Source: Lepidodermella squamata
Taxonomy: Eukaryota; Animalia; Gastrotricha
Length of the DNA: 64,000 nucleotides
Reading direction: 5' to 3'
Assembly (NCBI GenBank): GCA_047495785.1
Contig: JBLDXI010000054.1
Coordinates: 744,001 to 808,000 of the forward strand
Both the position numbers and the translations under genes were made by a program. Every line of letters starts with the position of its first letter. The first letter of the stretch is position 1. Below, one piece after another: positions 1 through 11,900 of this stretch. Under the pieces are notes generated by a model that saw only the letters and a program-made list of their open reading frames with translations, did not search any database and was not told the DNA's origin.

Positions 1-129
1 GTTAGCACATGCCGGGTTGCAGCTGGCTGCATAGGAAACAAGCAGAGGGTTCAACATATGCAAAAAGAGAGAGTTATCTTACGACTGCTGGTGGTTATTT
101 CCTCTGGATAAGGCGTCTGCATCAGTTTG

Positions 130-340
130 AAGAGGAACATTGGTAAGTGGAAAAATCAGGCATAATTTCCCTTACCGTCGTTTGGTTGAAATCAGCCTGG
201 CTGTAAACCGCCAGCGGGGCTAATGCTGAAAGAGAATTTTGTTATTGTGTTAGCGGGCTGGCGGGGTTTCATGTTAGCTCTTACCCAAAAGCAGCGCCAT
301 TACAGGTTTGAATGACATTGCTATGCCTGAAGGGGTGACG
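130..340 (+). pseudogene. Possible degraded hAT transposase C-terminal dimerisation-domain remnant
   Basis: Frameshifted fragments WKNQ / HNFPYRRLVEISLAV / ASGANAEREF / LALTQKQR resemble the hAT motif WW..FP.L..LA...L.IPA.SA..ER.FS; stops and frameshifts are present. Confidence 0.35.
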
Positions 341-711
341 AAATGAAAATTATCAAGAAAATGTTTATGAAGATGAAATGTGAGAAAATTCGATGACTGC
401 GAGCATCTTATAAAGGCTTTTTTCTGTACTTATGTGTCAACAGCTGCTTCTGCCATGAACGCAGTTAATCATGTGACAATAATCAGCTGGAAAACAATTG
501 ACTATCCTTCTCATTACAACTCTTCACGAATTGTTTGGGCAGCTGAGGTACGGAATGCACGTCATATCGATGGGTCAACAACACCACCAGTAGAATGGAA
601 TGCACACGATGCCTTAGCTGCCTAAGCACTAAACATTGGCTCATTCATTCTCTCAGAATGTCTTTTTATTTCAATTATTTATTAAGTGTACAAAAAAGAC
701 AGGATAATTAA

Positions 712-1335
712 GACAGGACAAATAAGATGAGGGCGAATAAGGCAATTAACAGTCGGACCGTCGTCATTCGTCTTTCGGCTGCTTGGGTCGGTTATCAGCA
801 GGGTGCGATAGTGGATCCTGGAGCTGCCAGGGATGGAAAATTGCTTTTGCTGTATTTTCCAAAATGGCTAGTGATTTCAACCAAAACCAGCAAAGCGGGG
901 AAATTTCGAGAATTTTTTACTCTAAAAATTTAATACCTCTCAGAATTTATGAAACAGCCGGAATTTTCTTTTTTGTCGCGCACTGCTAGTAGGACAGTTC
1001 AGCAACGTCAAACGTTCTTTGGCAGTGGTATTTGAGCAGGAGACACTTCAGCGACCAGTCGCTATTAGCACTTAAGCAGGCAGCAATTCAGCAACTGCCA
1101 CTTTAGCAGGTGCGCCATGTACTATTCAGCAACCGACTCTACCCCAGAAGCACTGATTTTTTTTTTAGAAAAGTGGCAGCTGCTGTACTGATTTCTGCTG
1201 AAGTGCTAATAGCGACTGGCTGCTGAAGTGTCTCCTGCTCAAATATCACTGTCAATTGACGTTTCTAAACTTTCTTACAACCCTCTGGTCTGATCATTAA
1301 TTATCTTATTCTCCCTCGTCTTATTTGTCCTGTGT
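712..1335. mobile_element. Nested inverted-repeat (fold-back/MITE-like) structure
   Basis: Inner ~52 bp inverted repeat at 1021-1072 / 1201-1253 (ggcagtggtatttgagcaggagacacttcagc...), with internal ttcagcaac sub-repeats. Outer ~37 bp inverted repeat at 712-748 / 1297-1335 (acaggacaaataagatgagggcgaataagg). Confidence 0.6.
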
Positions 1336-1953
1336 TTTGCCCTTCGCGATGAAAATCGCGATGAAACTCGCGGTACGAACACTACCAAACACCAATAGAC
1401 GCATTTTTTGTGCCCTATTAGTAACCCTATACGCTGATAGTAGCCTGACTAATAGTAGCCCTATTAGTCTCCCTATTCTGACCCACAAACTAAGCAAATT
1501 TGCTATGGAGGCACACGAGGCGCAGTAGAGCAAGCCCGCTGCCATGTGCTTGGAGGTTCTTGGTTCAACTCTCCGCCGCTTTAAAGGTCAGCAAAAACCA
1601 GTTGCGTGTGCTGCTTGTCGGAGCCCGTTTGTCAACTTTGGCCGTTCTAGACCAGTAATAGTCGTCGAGCGCGAGCTGCTGTGGGAAGTCGCCATGCCAC
1701 TGAGCTGGAAAACTATCGGTTGTTCCGGCGATCGTGGAAAAAGAACCGCCAACAAAGCCAGGAGTCTGTCGGATGTTCTCGACTTTCTTTAGTCAGCGCG
1801 AGCCGTACTTGAAGGTTTAAATTTAAAATATCCTAGACCTGACACCTAGAAATCTTAATGTAGCTGTTTGAGCAAAAGTTCCTTGAACAAAGCATCAACG
1901 ATTTTTTTAATTCGATGAATCCATTCCAATTTATTTCCTTATCTTTTCTTTTT

Positions 1954-3301
1954 TTACAGTCCATTCACCTGAAGCTTTGCGAAAAAATTTCGCATTTGAT
2001 AAGTATCACTCGCGTCTGCCGCTGAGATAGACGTTACAACACTGAAATATACTGTGTTAACTATCAGGAAGACAGTGCAAGAAAAAATAACTAGGCCTAT
2101 ATCTAGCAATCTAGCTCGATTCAACTCGAGATGAATTCTATGCCTGCAATTTATAGTCAGGATGAATTGTTTCTTGAAGAATCTGGACGAAGAGTAGGCG
2201 GCTGTGAAAATTGCATAGATTGCGATGACTACAGCCATCAGCAAGTTCCATATTACGTAATAATGATAAGAAATTATCTGCGTTGTTCGAGGGCAAGTGT
2301 CCACTAGGCCTAAAACTAAAGTGAAAGCAAGTAAATTGTAGCCCATCAAGCAAGATCTTTCGACGCCCTCTGGTGGTAATATCATAGCAACGAGCTGAAC
2401 GAAAATCATTAGAAATACAGGAATGAAACAAGACGGAATGAACTGAGCGGAATTTCTTCTCAGATGGAAATGAAAAGCGACTGTATTGGAGCCGTTCCAG
2501 ATGGATTCTGATCCGTAGCTTTCAAGTGACCATGGCCCGATGTCGTCCACGAAAACTGAGGACGCTGTAAGAGAGGAGTAGCTGAGGTCGACGAACGTTT
2601 TTTCAGCTCCGTAGTACAGTTCGGATAGCAAAACGAAGCAGAGTTGCGAGTCGAATGGGAAAGCCTGCAAAATCGGATAAATTCATCAAAAAATCGAATT
2701 TCATAAGCAATACCCAGAAGTCCATAGGGCAGTAAACGTGGAAGTCTCCGCCGCTAGATAGTGAAGCTGTACCTTGTGGCAGCCAATCGTAACCACCTGG
2801 GTAGAGAATAACGTCATCTTCAAATTTTGAGATATGCTTCATATCCCCGGCTGAATTCAGCAGAAACAATTGAGGATGCCAGACTGTATCGTGGCGATAC
2901 AGGCACCAGGAAATGTTGCTTCTAGCGTCCAGGGATAGACCGCCTATGACTAGATCTGGCTGGAAAACGTCTCTGTGAGTACACGGGGCCGTGCTCCAAT
3001 ACATCTTTAATTGTCCAGAAAATGAGAATCTAAGGAAAATGATAAGGCTCAAAGACAGGATTGTTTCCCAAACCAACTTTTTAGAAGTTTCGTCCAAATC
3101 TAGCAATCGATAAGCTGATAGAAAGACCCATAGCTGAACTACGTCCGACTGCTGTTGAACAGGCCTGCTGCGAAAGCTCGCCATATAAGTACACCGTTTT
3201 GCTAACCATGTGCAGAATTCCTCTTCTGGCGCTGGAGTTCGCTGTAGTTGGCCTTCAACCAAACTTGGTAGCCACAGTAAAATTAAAAGCGACTTGAGCA
3301 T
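1954..3301 (-). CDS. Divergent Cys-loop (pentameric) ligand-gated ion channel subunit, copy 1 (~416 aa)
   Basis: Exons 3301-3078, 3029-2714, 2664-1954, with 48 and 49 nt GT-AG introns. Signal peptide, RPV motif, WHP motif, spliced Cys-loop CPMDFWAFPFDSQLC, pre-M1 LRR and four TM helices. Confidence 0.9.
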
Positions 3302-3684
3302 TAGAATGGCTATTTTATAAGTGTGGTCTTACTTAATCAAGAGGCTGTGTGCACATGAAGTCAAAAGTTATTTAAAACTGCCGGCGCACCAAATTTCAGC
3401 TTTCATCGTTCAGCTATTTCCTGTTTCATTTCCTGTATGCATTTCATATGTCCCCAATGCGAATTTTTTTCGTTTCATTCGCTTCCCCGGTGGACCGTGC
3501 GATAAAAATAGGTTTTAATTGACAGAAAAACTGTTTCTTGACATTTTGCATGAGAAACTTTCGGATAGTAGAATTTTCCTTTGTTACCTGATTAATTTGG
3601 CACCGATCTAGCCTTTCGTCATTACCAGAAAAAGGTAATGCCCCGCATTCTAGGTCAAAAAATGGAGCCTTTATTTCACAGAAA

Positions 3685-5059
3685 TCAACCGCCATTTTGC
3701 AGCTTGGAAAACATGTTGTCAACCAAACTAGAATCACTGATCGCCAGCAAAGTGTTGTAAAAAAAGAATAAATTAGCTAATAAAATGGCAGAAACTGCTG
3801 TTAGGGCCACTATCAAGTCTAACGATCGAGTATTGCAAATTCTGACGCAAACCGGTAAATGTAACTCGATTTTCTGCCGGATAAACTCGCCTGGTAGGTA
3901 CGAGTACGCAAACAACGTATAAAGTAATAAGGCTAAACATAGACTGAAGTTTGTTACAATATAATAACCTAGATACGAACAATTCCGAGGTAAATCCTGT
4001 TTCAAAGTTGGAAAAACAGTAAGAAAAGCGAATAAATTGTAACCAGTGAATATAGGACGCTCGAATCTATGAGGCGGTAACAACATGGCAGAAAGTTGCA
4101 GGCTGTAAAGCAAGCAAATGGGGGCGAAAATTGATAGCCAATAGGACGAGTCATTCCTTTGAAATTCCATGAAGAAAGCAATGTTATTGGTTTGGTTCCG
4201 AATTGATCTTGTGCCGAAGCTTTTGAGCGACCAAACAGTAGCAGAATCTCGGAGTTTAGCTGAAGCTATGAGTTCGAAATATCGGAAATTCACGGAATTT
4301 TTGTCAGAACAGTAATACTGCTCGCACAGAATGAGGAAGCAGACTTGGCTATCAAATGGATATTTCTAGAAGCATTGACCGATTGAACACCACTGAAAAC
4401 AAGAAATTCACGAAATTTACGCTAAAATCGTAGCTGCATTGGACTTCAAAGTCTCCTAGAGCTGTATTATGGGCGGTTCCTTGTGGGATCCGTTTCGCCC
4501 CGGATGGGTAGATCCTGATTTCAGGGTTGAACTGAGACGCCAATTTCACCTCTCGGGCCGAATTGGCCAGGATGAATTTTGGCTGCCACATTGAGTCTTT
4601 AGGGTATAGGCACCATTGTACCCCATGTTTAGCCTCATCCGAGAGCCCAGAAGTGGCTAAATCCAGTGAGAAATAGTCTCGATGGGTGCAGGGTGTTGTT
4701 GTCCAATAGACATTCAACTGACCACTCACAGTTAATCTTGAAAAAAAGGAAAACTACTTCTCCGAATAAAATGTGGATCATCCTTACGTTTGAGCTGATT
4801 CGTCAACGCTTTTGATGCGAAAAACATGAAAGTACAAAGCTACATCGACTGCATCCGATTGCAGTTCGACCGGGCGGCTATTTCGGCTGTTTAGATAAGG
4901 ACATCGATTGGCTAACCAGTTGCAGAACTCGTCTTCGGGCGTTTGATTCGGATTCGCAGGAGGGATGGTCCATTTTTCTACAACAGCAGCAGTTTTGCCT
5001 TCAATCCTCAGACTGAACGTAAGAACGCAAGCGATAGTAAGACAAATTTGTGGTATCAT
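3685..5059 (-). CDS. Divergent Cys-loop ligand-gated ion channel subunit, copy 2 (~422 aa)
   Basis: Exons 5059-4788, 4736-4421, 4365-3685, at the same intron positions as copy 1. Cys-loop CSYDFSKYPFDSQVC, WQP motif, M1-M4. Confidence 0.9.
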
Positions 5060-5605
5060 TGCTACATAATAGCGATGTTGCAAGCATGGGGACCTAAATT
5101 GCAGAGACAAGTGCGATTACTATAGTTACGAATGAAAATACCAATACACAGTGGGATATTGAAATCAATTGAGGAGAAGCGTGCGTAATTAAAAGCTACA
5201 ATAATCGATATAAGAAGAATCAACACGAAACAAATGCACGAAAGAAGTGCAAATATCATACATTTTTTTATCAATCAAATTTTGAAGCGTTAAAAATATG
5301 CACTCTTCCGATCTGAAGAAAGATGAGACTATCGGTTCTCCATTTTTTATACTGTTTTTAGGAACAGTGCCAAGCATTTAACATCCTTTTTTGTAGTCGA
5401 TATATGTACTCCCACATATAGGGTAGATTACATACAAAAAAACGTACAGCTTAAGGCGATTCTATTTATTCCTCTTTTTAATTTCATCGATTTACGAAAA
5501 AAACGAAATAATCACTTTCGGATTATATCGATTTCGAAAAACAATTCTCTTGGGATGGAGAGTATTGAAAATTGTTAATCTATTATTAAATTAGGATTAT
5601 CGCCA

Positions 5606-7058
5606 TCAGAACGGTACTTTTCGATCAACAGATGCTAGCAGCTTGCTAATTTCTCTCGCTTTTATCCTTGGATCTTCATTGTCCGTTGTCAGCACTGCCA
5701 GGAAAAACCAACAATTTAAAGCCAGTGTGACGCCAAGTGCTACGAGACTAGCTAGTAGGTCTATAATCCTGATAAGCCGCCATTCCGTGTTGAAAATTTT
5801 GATTTGCTTCCGCATGAGTTTGGTTCTACATTTAACAGCTGCGAAAAGTGAGTAGATTGTCATGGCAACGCATAAAGCCATGTGACCCGCGAAGTAAGAG
5901 AACAAATACACGATTTGAGACGTTTTCGGGATGTTGCCCAAAGTGACTGGAAATGCTGTTACAAACGTGAAGAGAATATAGGCCATGAAAGCAGGACGCT
6001 CCAATTTATCAGCCGGTAGAAACATTGCAGATAGCTGGAGACTCGCCAACAATAGAATAGGGGTGAAAATGGAGGTTGAATAGTAGAGAGGATTCCGTGA
6101 GAATTGAAAGAAGTAGGCGATCTGGTTGCGGTCTTCTGATAAGGAAAAGCAGGTGTTGAGTTTGAGCCGCCACAAATCAACTTCTGCGAGGAAGATCGGA
6201 GCGACTTGGAGATTGAATTTTGAAATGGCCATGCTGCTTCGGCTATATTCGTCGTAATGCTCAGCGATAATGTATACACATCGTTGGGAGTCGAATGGGA
6301 AAAGCTACATGGATACAGAAAGGAGCTTTCAAATGGAGTTTCCAGAGTGGAACAGAGAGTTTTTAGAGCTTGAGAGCTACAACAACTTCAAAAAGTTGAA
6401 ACCTCTTTCCAAGGTTATCTGCAATTTGTCACTTTATCTTTATAGGTAATTGTTACCTTGAACTCCATGTTGCAATGAATTCGATAATCTCCCTCGCCTC
6501 TGATGTGAGCGAGCCCAGTTTCATAGCCTCCAACATCCAAATGAACCGGTATTTTCGATCGAGGATTCGCAATTGGAACCACAAAATCCCCAGCCCAAGT
6601 GATTAGGTCGATCTCTGGGTGCCAGATCGAGCTGCTATCATACATACACATTGAAAAATTGTATTTCGCGCTTTCAGAAAGATTCTCATCTGCCATTAAG
6701 TCGGACTGGAAATTACTACGCTTTGTACACTCTCCAGTAGACCAAATAACGTCAAATCGACCTGAGATCGTTAATCTAAAAAAGAAACGTTAAAATTTCT
6801 GGGTTAGAAACTTTATTTCCACTCCTAGACTAGAACTAACACTTGGCTCAAGTCATCGAAGCTTTGTAGCCGACTCGCTGTGAAAGTTATAGCGACTTGA
6901 ACAGCCTTATCTGGGCTAGACACGGGCTTAGCTCGTTTGCTAGTTAGATAGACGCAACGCCTAGCTAGCCAGTCACAGAATTCATCGTCCGGAGCTAGGA
7001 CGGCACCTGAAATCGTCGATGTAATGGCCGATAAGAAAAGAAAATGTCTTGCAAACAT
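5606..7058 (-). CDS. Divergent Cys-loop ligand-gated ion channel subunit, copy 3 (~411 aa)
   Basis: Exons 7058-6841, 6775-6457, 6304-5606. Cys-loop CNMEFKLFPFDSQRC, WHP motif, M2 ERPAFMAYILFTFVTAFP. Confidence 0.9.
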
Positions 7059-7539
7059 TATTAATAAACTGAGATTTAGTCTTATTCTAGTTTGCCTAGC
7101 ATTTGTTTGATAGGCAAACAGGAGGGATGTGTATTTTATGTAAAGCGCAGCCTACTGCTGCGGTAATGCTTCGATCTTCATTCGCTGATTGACATACTGC
7201 TTGTTATGCCGCTGGTATTGATGAATTGATGACTCGTTTTTAACTATGAATCTAGCATTGTACCTACTGGAGTACAGCTGATGACTTGACTGGAAAATAA
7301 AAGATGCATTTTCCCGACAATTTCATCAGAATACTCTGAAAATTGTCATGAGAATGAATGAATGTCCCCAGCAAGTTAGGTTTAAGCACTAAATACTAAT
7401 TTTCAGCCAGATTTAGTGTCTTTTCCCAAATCGATAATGATGCCCATAACGGTCTTTGAATGCTCTTTTCAAGCAAGACATGAAGCTCGGAAAAGCTCGT
7501 TAGAATGAAAAAAGCGAATAGGTATTTATTGCAAATAAA

Positions 7540-9024
7540 TTAATAAATTCCACGTTGAAGTTTATAAAACAAATTCTCCATTTGGTACAAATTGTCAATA
7601 TCCTTAGCGAAAATGGTCAAATAAAAGTAGACACTGTTCGTAACGACAGCGGTACACACCGAGAGAAACCCGACAATAAAATCGAGCAACCGAACCCGGC
7701 TCACATGGTAACTTTTCGTCACCTTAACACGAGATCTCATACATTTTCGTGAGTAGTAAACAGCGGCTAACAGGGTGTAGATCCCCATAGCAACGCACAG
7801 GCACATATGGGCGCCTAAATAGTAGAAGAGGTACACGACTTGCGACGTCTTCGGAATGTTGCCTAGCGTAGTCGGAAAGGCTGTGACAAACGTGAAGAGA
7901 ATGTAAGCCATGAAAACAGGCCTTTCAAGTTTCTGAGGCGGGAGGAACATAGCTGTTAGTTGCAACAAGCAAAGCAATTGAATTGGAATGAACACTGATG
8001 TTACGTAATACAAGGGCATTCGTTTGAACCCAAAGTACAGGACAAAAATATTTGTTGTATTCCAGACGAATCTTGTCCCGTATTGCTCGAGCTGCCAAAG
8101 TTCGATCGAGTCGAGGAAAACGGAGGATGGTATGAGTTTGAACTGCTGGACGTTCATCAATTCCTTATTCCTTCCATAGAACTTATCGCTTATTACATAA
8201 AAACAAATCTGGGAGTCGAACGGGAAAAGCTGGAAGGCAGAGAATCGGTGGTCTAGAAGTTGGGAGAATTTTCAAAAAATTACGGAGAAATCTTGAGGGC
8301 ACTTTGCGGAAAAATCTCCATATTCAGTCACGTGCATGAACCCGGGAGGGGCTGTCTCACGACCTGATGGGTAGAGGAAAATATCGTTGGGATAACTAAA
8401 GAAAAATATGCTTGAATTATCGGAAGGGATTATTGAAGCCTGCTAGCCTGTATAATTTCATGTCACCCATAGAATTGACTAGTAGAAAATGGGGATGCCA
8501 AACGCTCAGGCTGTCAATGGTGCACCAAGTCACGTTGTTTCGGGCTTCGAGTGAGAGATTTGACCGTGCAAGATCGGCTGCAAAATACGGTCGCATTGTA
8601 CAAGGGCTCGTCGACCATAGGATATCTATCATGCCAGAAATCGAGAGCCTGTAATTTACAGAGAAAGTGTCACAGAATCCCACTCGAGATTTAGCACTTC
8701 AGGATATCTTCAAATTATTTCAAAAATTGAAATTGATTGCGAGCTCTAAAATTTCAGAACTTTATAGAGGATTGTTGCTCACGTTTGCGTCAGATCATCC
8801 AAGGCTATCAATCGATAGGCATGGAAGTAGAATAGAACCGTAACAGCGTCTGATTGGCGATCGACTGGTCTAGCTCGGTTGCTGGCTAGATACGGACACC
8901 TTCTTACTATCCAATCACAGAATTCATCTTCAGGCGGCACGAGAGGAGTAGATGGTCCAGCCACTGCTGATAGCCCTATCTGCTGTTGAACTACTGCTAA
9001 CAGATAAACTAGCTGTATTTGCAT
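7540..9024 (-). CDS. Divergent Cys-loop ligand-gated ion channel subunit, copy 4 (~414 aa)
   Basis: Exons 9024-8783, 8648-8448, 8395-8284, 8229-7540; the model needs an extra 52 nt GC-AG intron at 8447-8396. Cys-loop CPQDFSLFPFDSQIC; M2 nearly identical to copy 3. Confidence 0.85.
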
Positions 9025-9865
9025 TAAAATTAATAGAAATGGTGTGGTTGGAATAAAAAATAATGATAAATACTCGACGCCAGCTTTAATTGGATTAATC
9101 CTGTGCCGTATGTTTGCATACACTCCAAAAACTGATATCATCATTCAGCCTATAGCAAGTATATCGATTGCCCTTTCGTGGTTCCTCTAGAATAGAAGTT
9201 GCCCTTTCGAAATATCTGCTGAATCATTTCACTCCGGCTTGAGAGATTTCAAAGCTTTTTTCGCAAAATCCTTTCGGCAACATGCTTTTCCCTTTCCTAG
9301 TATCTAATCCAGGGTATGCATATCATATTTAGTGTGTCGTCGTCATATAAAGAAAATCGATGATAGTTGATAGCTAGCTGATAATGGAATTTCAGGTGCT
9401 CATTTATTTGGCCTCCTCAATCAAGCCACAGCCATAGTGTAAAAAAAGGAAATTGCGATATTTTTCGCGCCACAAGCATCATATTACTTTTTATCGCCAA
9501 TTTTAGGCCACACCATGGTGATGAAACATATAGTGAATAATCCTTAGAACGTGATTCATTTACGCTTCCACGCACAGTTCAAAACGCCCAGAGATTATCT
9601 CGGTTAGTTTATCACACATTTTATCTTGCATTGCTGCGTTATCTCTCTGACATACTTGTAGCGTTTAAAAACGGGGCGATAACGGTTAGAGATTAATATA
9701 GCATGCCCACACTGCATACGCATGCCACTCAATTGAGAATAGCTCTACTTTGTCAGCAAAGTTGAAATTAGAAAATACCACCTTAAAATGTTGTTTAAAT
9801 TATTTATTTTAGTTATTTTAATGTTTTAATGTAAAGTATTGCGTTTAACGCATTAAATTTGTCTC

Positions 9866-11782
9866 ATGCAGTCTCGAGCCGGCAAATTTGTTATCCCTTT
9901 GCTGGTAGTCGTTGCTTTCGCCGCAGTTTGGATCTTGTTCTGGCCTTTCAGCAGTCCGCCATCTCCGTCTGAAGAAATTCCACACATAGAATGCCCGAAA
10001 TGCCAGGCCAACGAAAAAGCGTGCCCGAAGTGCCCCATGGCGAAACCTACGAAATGCCCGAAATGTCCTACCCTAGAAAAGTCGCAGGATGAGCTTAATC
10101 AATTGCTAAGACTCGCTCGCCACATTGCTACAGCCCACCGTCACTCTCGAAGCGGAATTGCGGTCAACGAACTGAACAAAGCCTATTCCATTGTCAATGA
10201 AATACTCGGCTCAACCTATCAAAAATTGCTCAATGAATCCCTGCCTCAAGTTCCGCCTGGTCCTGAAGCGAGCCCGGCTAGCTCGGATGAACTGCCGGAT
10301 GTTTGCGATGAATACATGCCTAGCATGGAGTACGGCTATCCGTGGTACTATCACGGCTATATTCTAAACCCAAATTGCACGGCTAAGCCAATCAAAACAA
10401 TGGTATCGCTACTGATAAACGCGAAAAATCTGGATAATTCGAAATTAACCGCGGTTTTGACCGGGCTGAAGGATACGTACCCTGAAGTTACCGCAATAGT
10501 CGCTACTGACTCGGAATTGCCAGAAGATACTTCAGCAAAAGTTGTGAAGATCTCCGATCGTGACACTGAAGGAAAAATCTGGAAAAAATTGGTTGAATCT
10601 GCCGAGACAAAGTACGTCATATTAGGACGAGGTCTCCATCGGTTTGATAATCAATCGAATTTCGAGAGACTCATTCGACTCGCTAGTACTGTTGATATTG
10701 ACGTAGTGGGTGGAGGTTATCGATACGCGGATGGGCGATGGTTCCGTGGTTGCTACCAAATGGGCCTCAAGAATTACACGCTGAAATTCGTGGAAGGTTA
10801 TGACTTCTCGTATTCTTCCTGCGTGTTTTGCGACTACATCCCTGGCCCATTCCTGGTGAAACCGAAGACGCTACTCGCTGACTTTGATGAAAATTTAGAT
10901 GGAGAGGTGGTTTTTGTTGATTTTTTCCTGAAAAGATTCCGTGATGAGAAGAAGAAGCAAGTCGTTTGCCCGGATGTTATGTTCAGTGTTGAAGCTAATA
11001 ACGAGCTGCATCCTATTAGTCGAGATCTATGGATTCCCTTTGTCAAAAAGCATACCTTGAACAAATTAACATTCACGAATGGGGAGAGTTCGTTATTTAC
11101 CTGCGCTGAGTCTGGCAGTACCTGCTCATGGAAGGGAGGTTTGATCTTGCCGATATGTTGCGTTCAGGAATTGGCCGATGCCGTGAAATTTGTGACTCAG
11201 GTCAGTCAAGAAATAAATGGAACGTTGGAAATCGAAGCTGGTAGTTCAGTTGGAGCTGTTAAATTCTACGGCGTCTTACCCTGGGAACGGGATGAAGACT
11301 TCAACTGGTTGGCAGATGATGATCAGGAGCAAAAATTGATGGCTCGGCTTCCAGAGTTTAGAAAACGAGGCTACGATCTTATTGTAACGAAAACAGACTA
11401 TAAGAAGTGTTACAGGGAGAAAAAGAGCGTTAATTGCGGTTACATCGCTATGAAAACTCCGAATTGGCGGTTTGAGTTGTGGGGAGTCATCGAAACTGGA
11501 GCGACTCGAATGGCGGAGGACCTAAAGGTTCAAAATGTGACGCGGATCCTGTTTGATGGCAAATGGGTTCGGACGAATCACAATCCTTTGTTATCGATTC
11601 GCAACGAGTACGGCGACGATATATTCGAGCATGTTGAACATTGGACAACGCTTGGTTACAGCACCGGTTGGGTACATCCGAAAACAGGGCATTACTTGCC
11701 GTGCCCTTGGCCGGGCTACCATGGTTGTTTGGACAATTATTTGCCCGTTGGAAATATTCAGTTTCAGGATGTTTATATTTGA
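9866..11782 (+). CDS. FKRP/LicD-family type II membrane nucleotidyltransferase (fukutin-related protein-like), 638 aa, intronless
   Basis: N-terminal signal anchor, CPKC x3 stem, glycosyltransferase-like middle region, LicD-type motif GSSVGAVKFYGVLPWERDED; AATAAA at 11789. Confidence 0.8.
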   Translation: MQSRAGKFVIPLLVVVAFAAVWILFWPFSSPPSPSEEIPHIECPKCQANEKACPKCPMAKPTKCPKCPTLEKSQDELNQLLRLARHIATAHRHSRSGIAVNELNKAYSIVNEILGSTYQKLLNESLPQVPPGPEASPASSDELPDVCDEYMPSMEYGYPWYYHGYILNPNCTAKPIKTMVSLLINAKNLDNSKLTAVLTGLKDTYPEVTAIVATDSELPEDTSAKVVKISDRDTEGKIWKKLVESAETKYVILGRGLHRFDNQSNFERLIRLASTVDIDVVGGGYRYADGRWFRGCYQMGLKNYTLKFVEGYDFSYSSCVFCDYIPGPFLVKPKTLLADFDENLDGEVVFVDFFLKRFRDEKKKQVVCPDVMFSVEANNELHPISRDLWIPFVKKHTLNKLTFTNGESSLFTCAESGSTCSWKGGLILPICCVQELADAVKFVTQVSQEINGTLEIEAGSSVGAVKFYGVLPWERDEDFNWLADDDQEQKLMARLPEFRKRGYDLIVTKTDYKKCYREKKSVNCGYIAMKTPNWRFELWGVIETGATRMAEDLKVQNVTRILFDGKWVRTNHNPLLSIRNEYGDDIFEHVEHWTTLGYSTGWVHPKTGHYLPCPWPGYHGCLDNYLPVGNIQFQDVYI

Positions 11783-11900
11783 ATCTAGAATAAAAACATG
11801 CTTCTTTGATACATTATTCATTTATTTATTGCTGGCTGACAGGATAACTTTTCTTAAGATGTTACATCGGCCATGGTCGATTAAAGTTTCTGGTTAGCTG

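Noticed and set aside
7276-7300. Hammerhead ribozyme core (CTGATGA...GAAA)
   Set aside because: No convincing stem II or flanking stems I and III.
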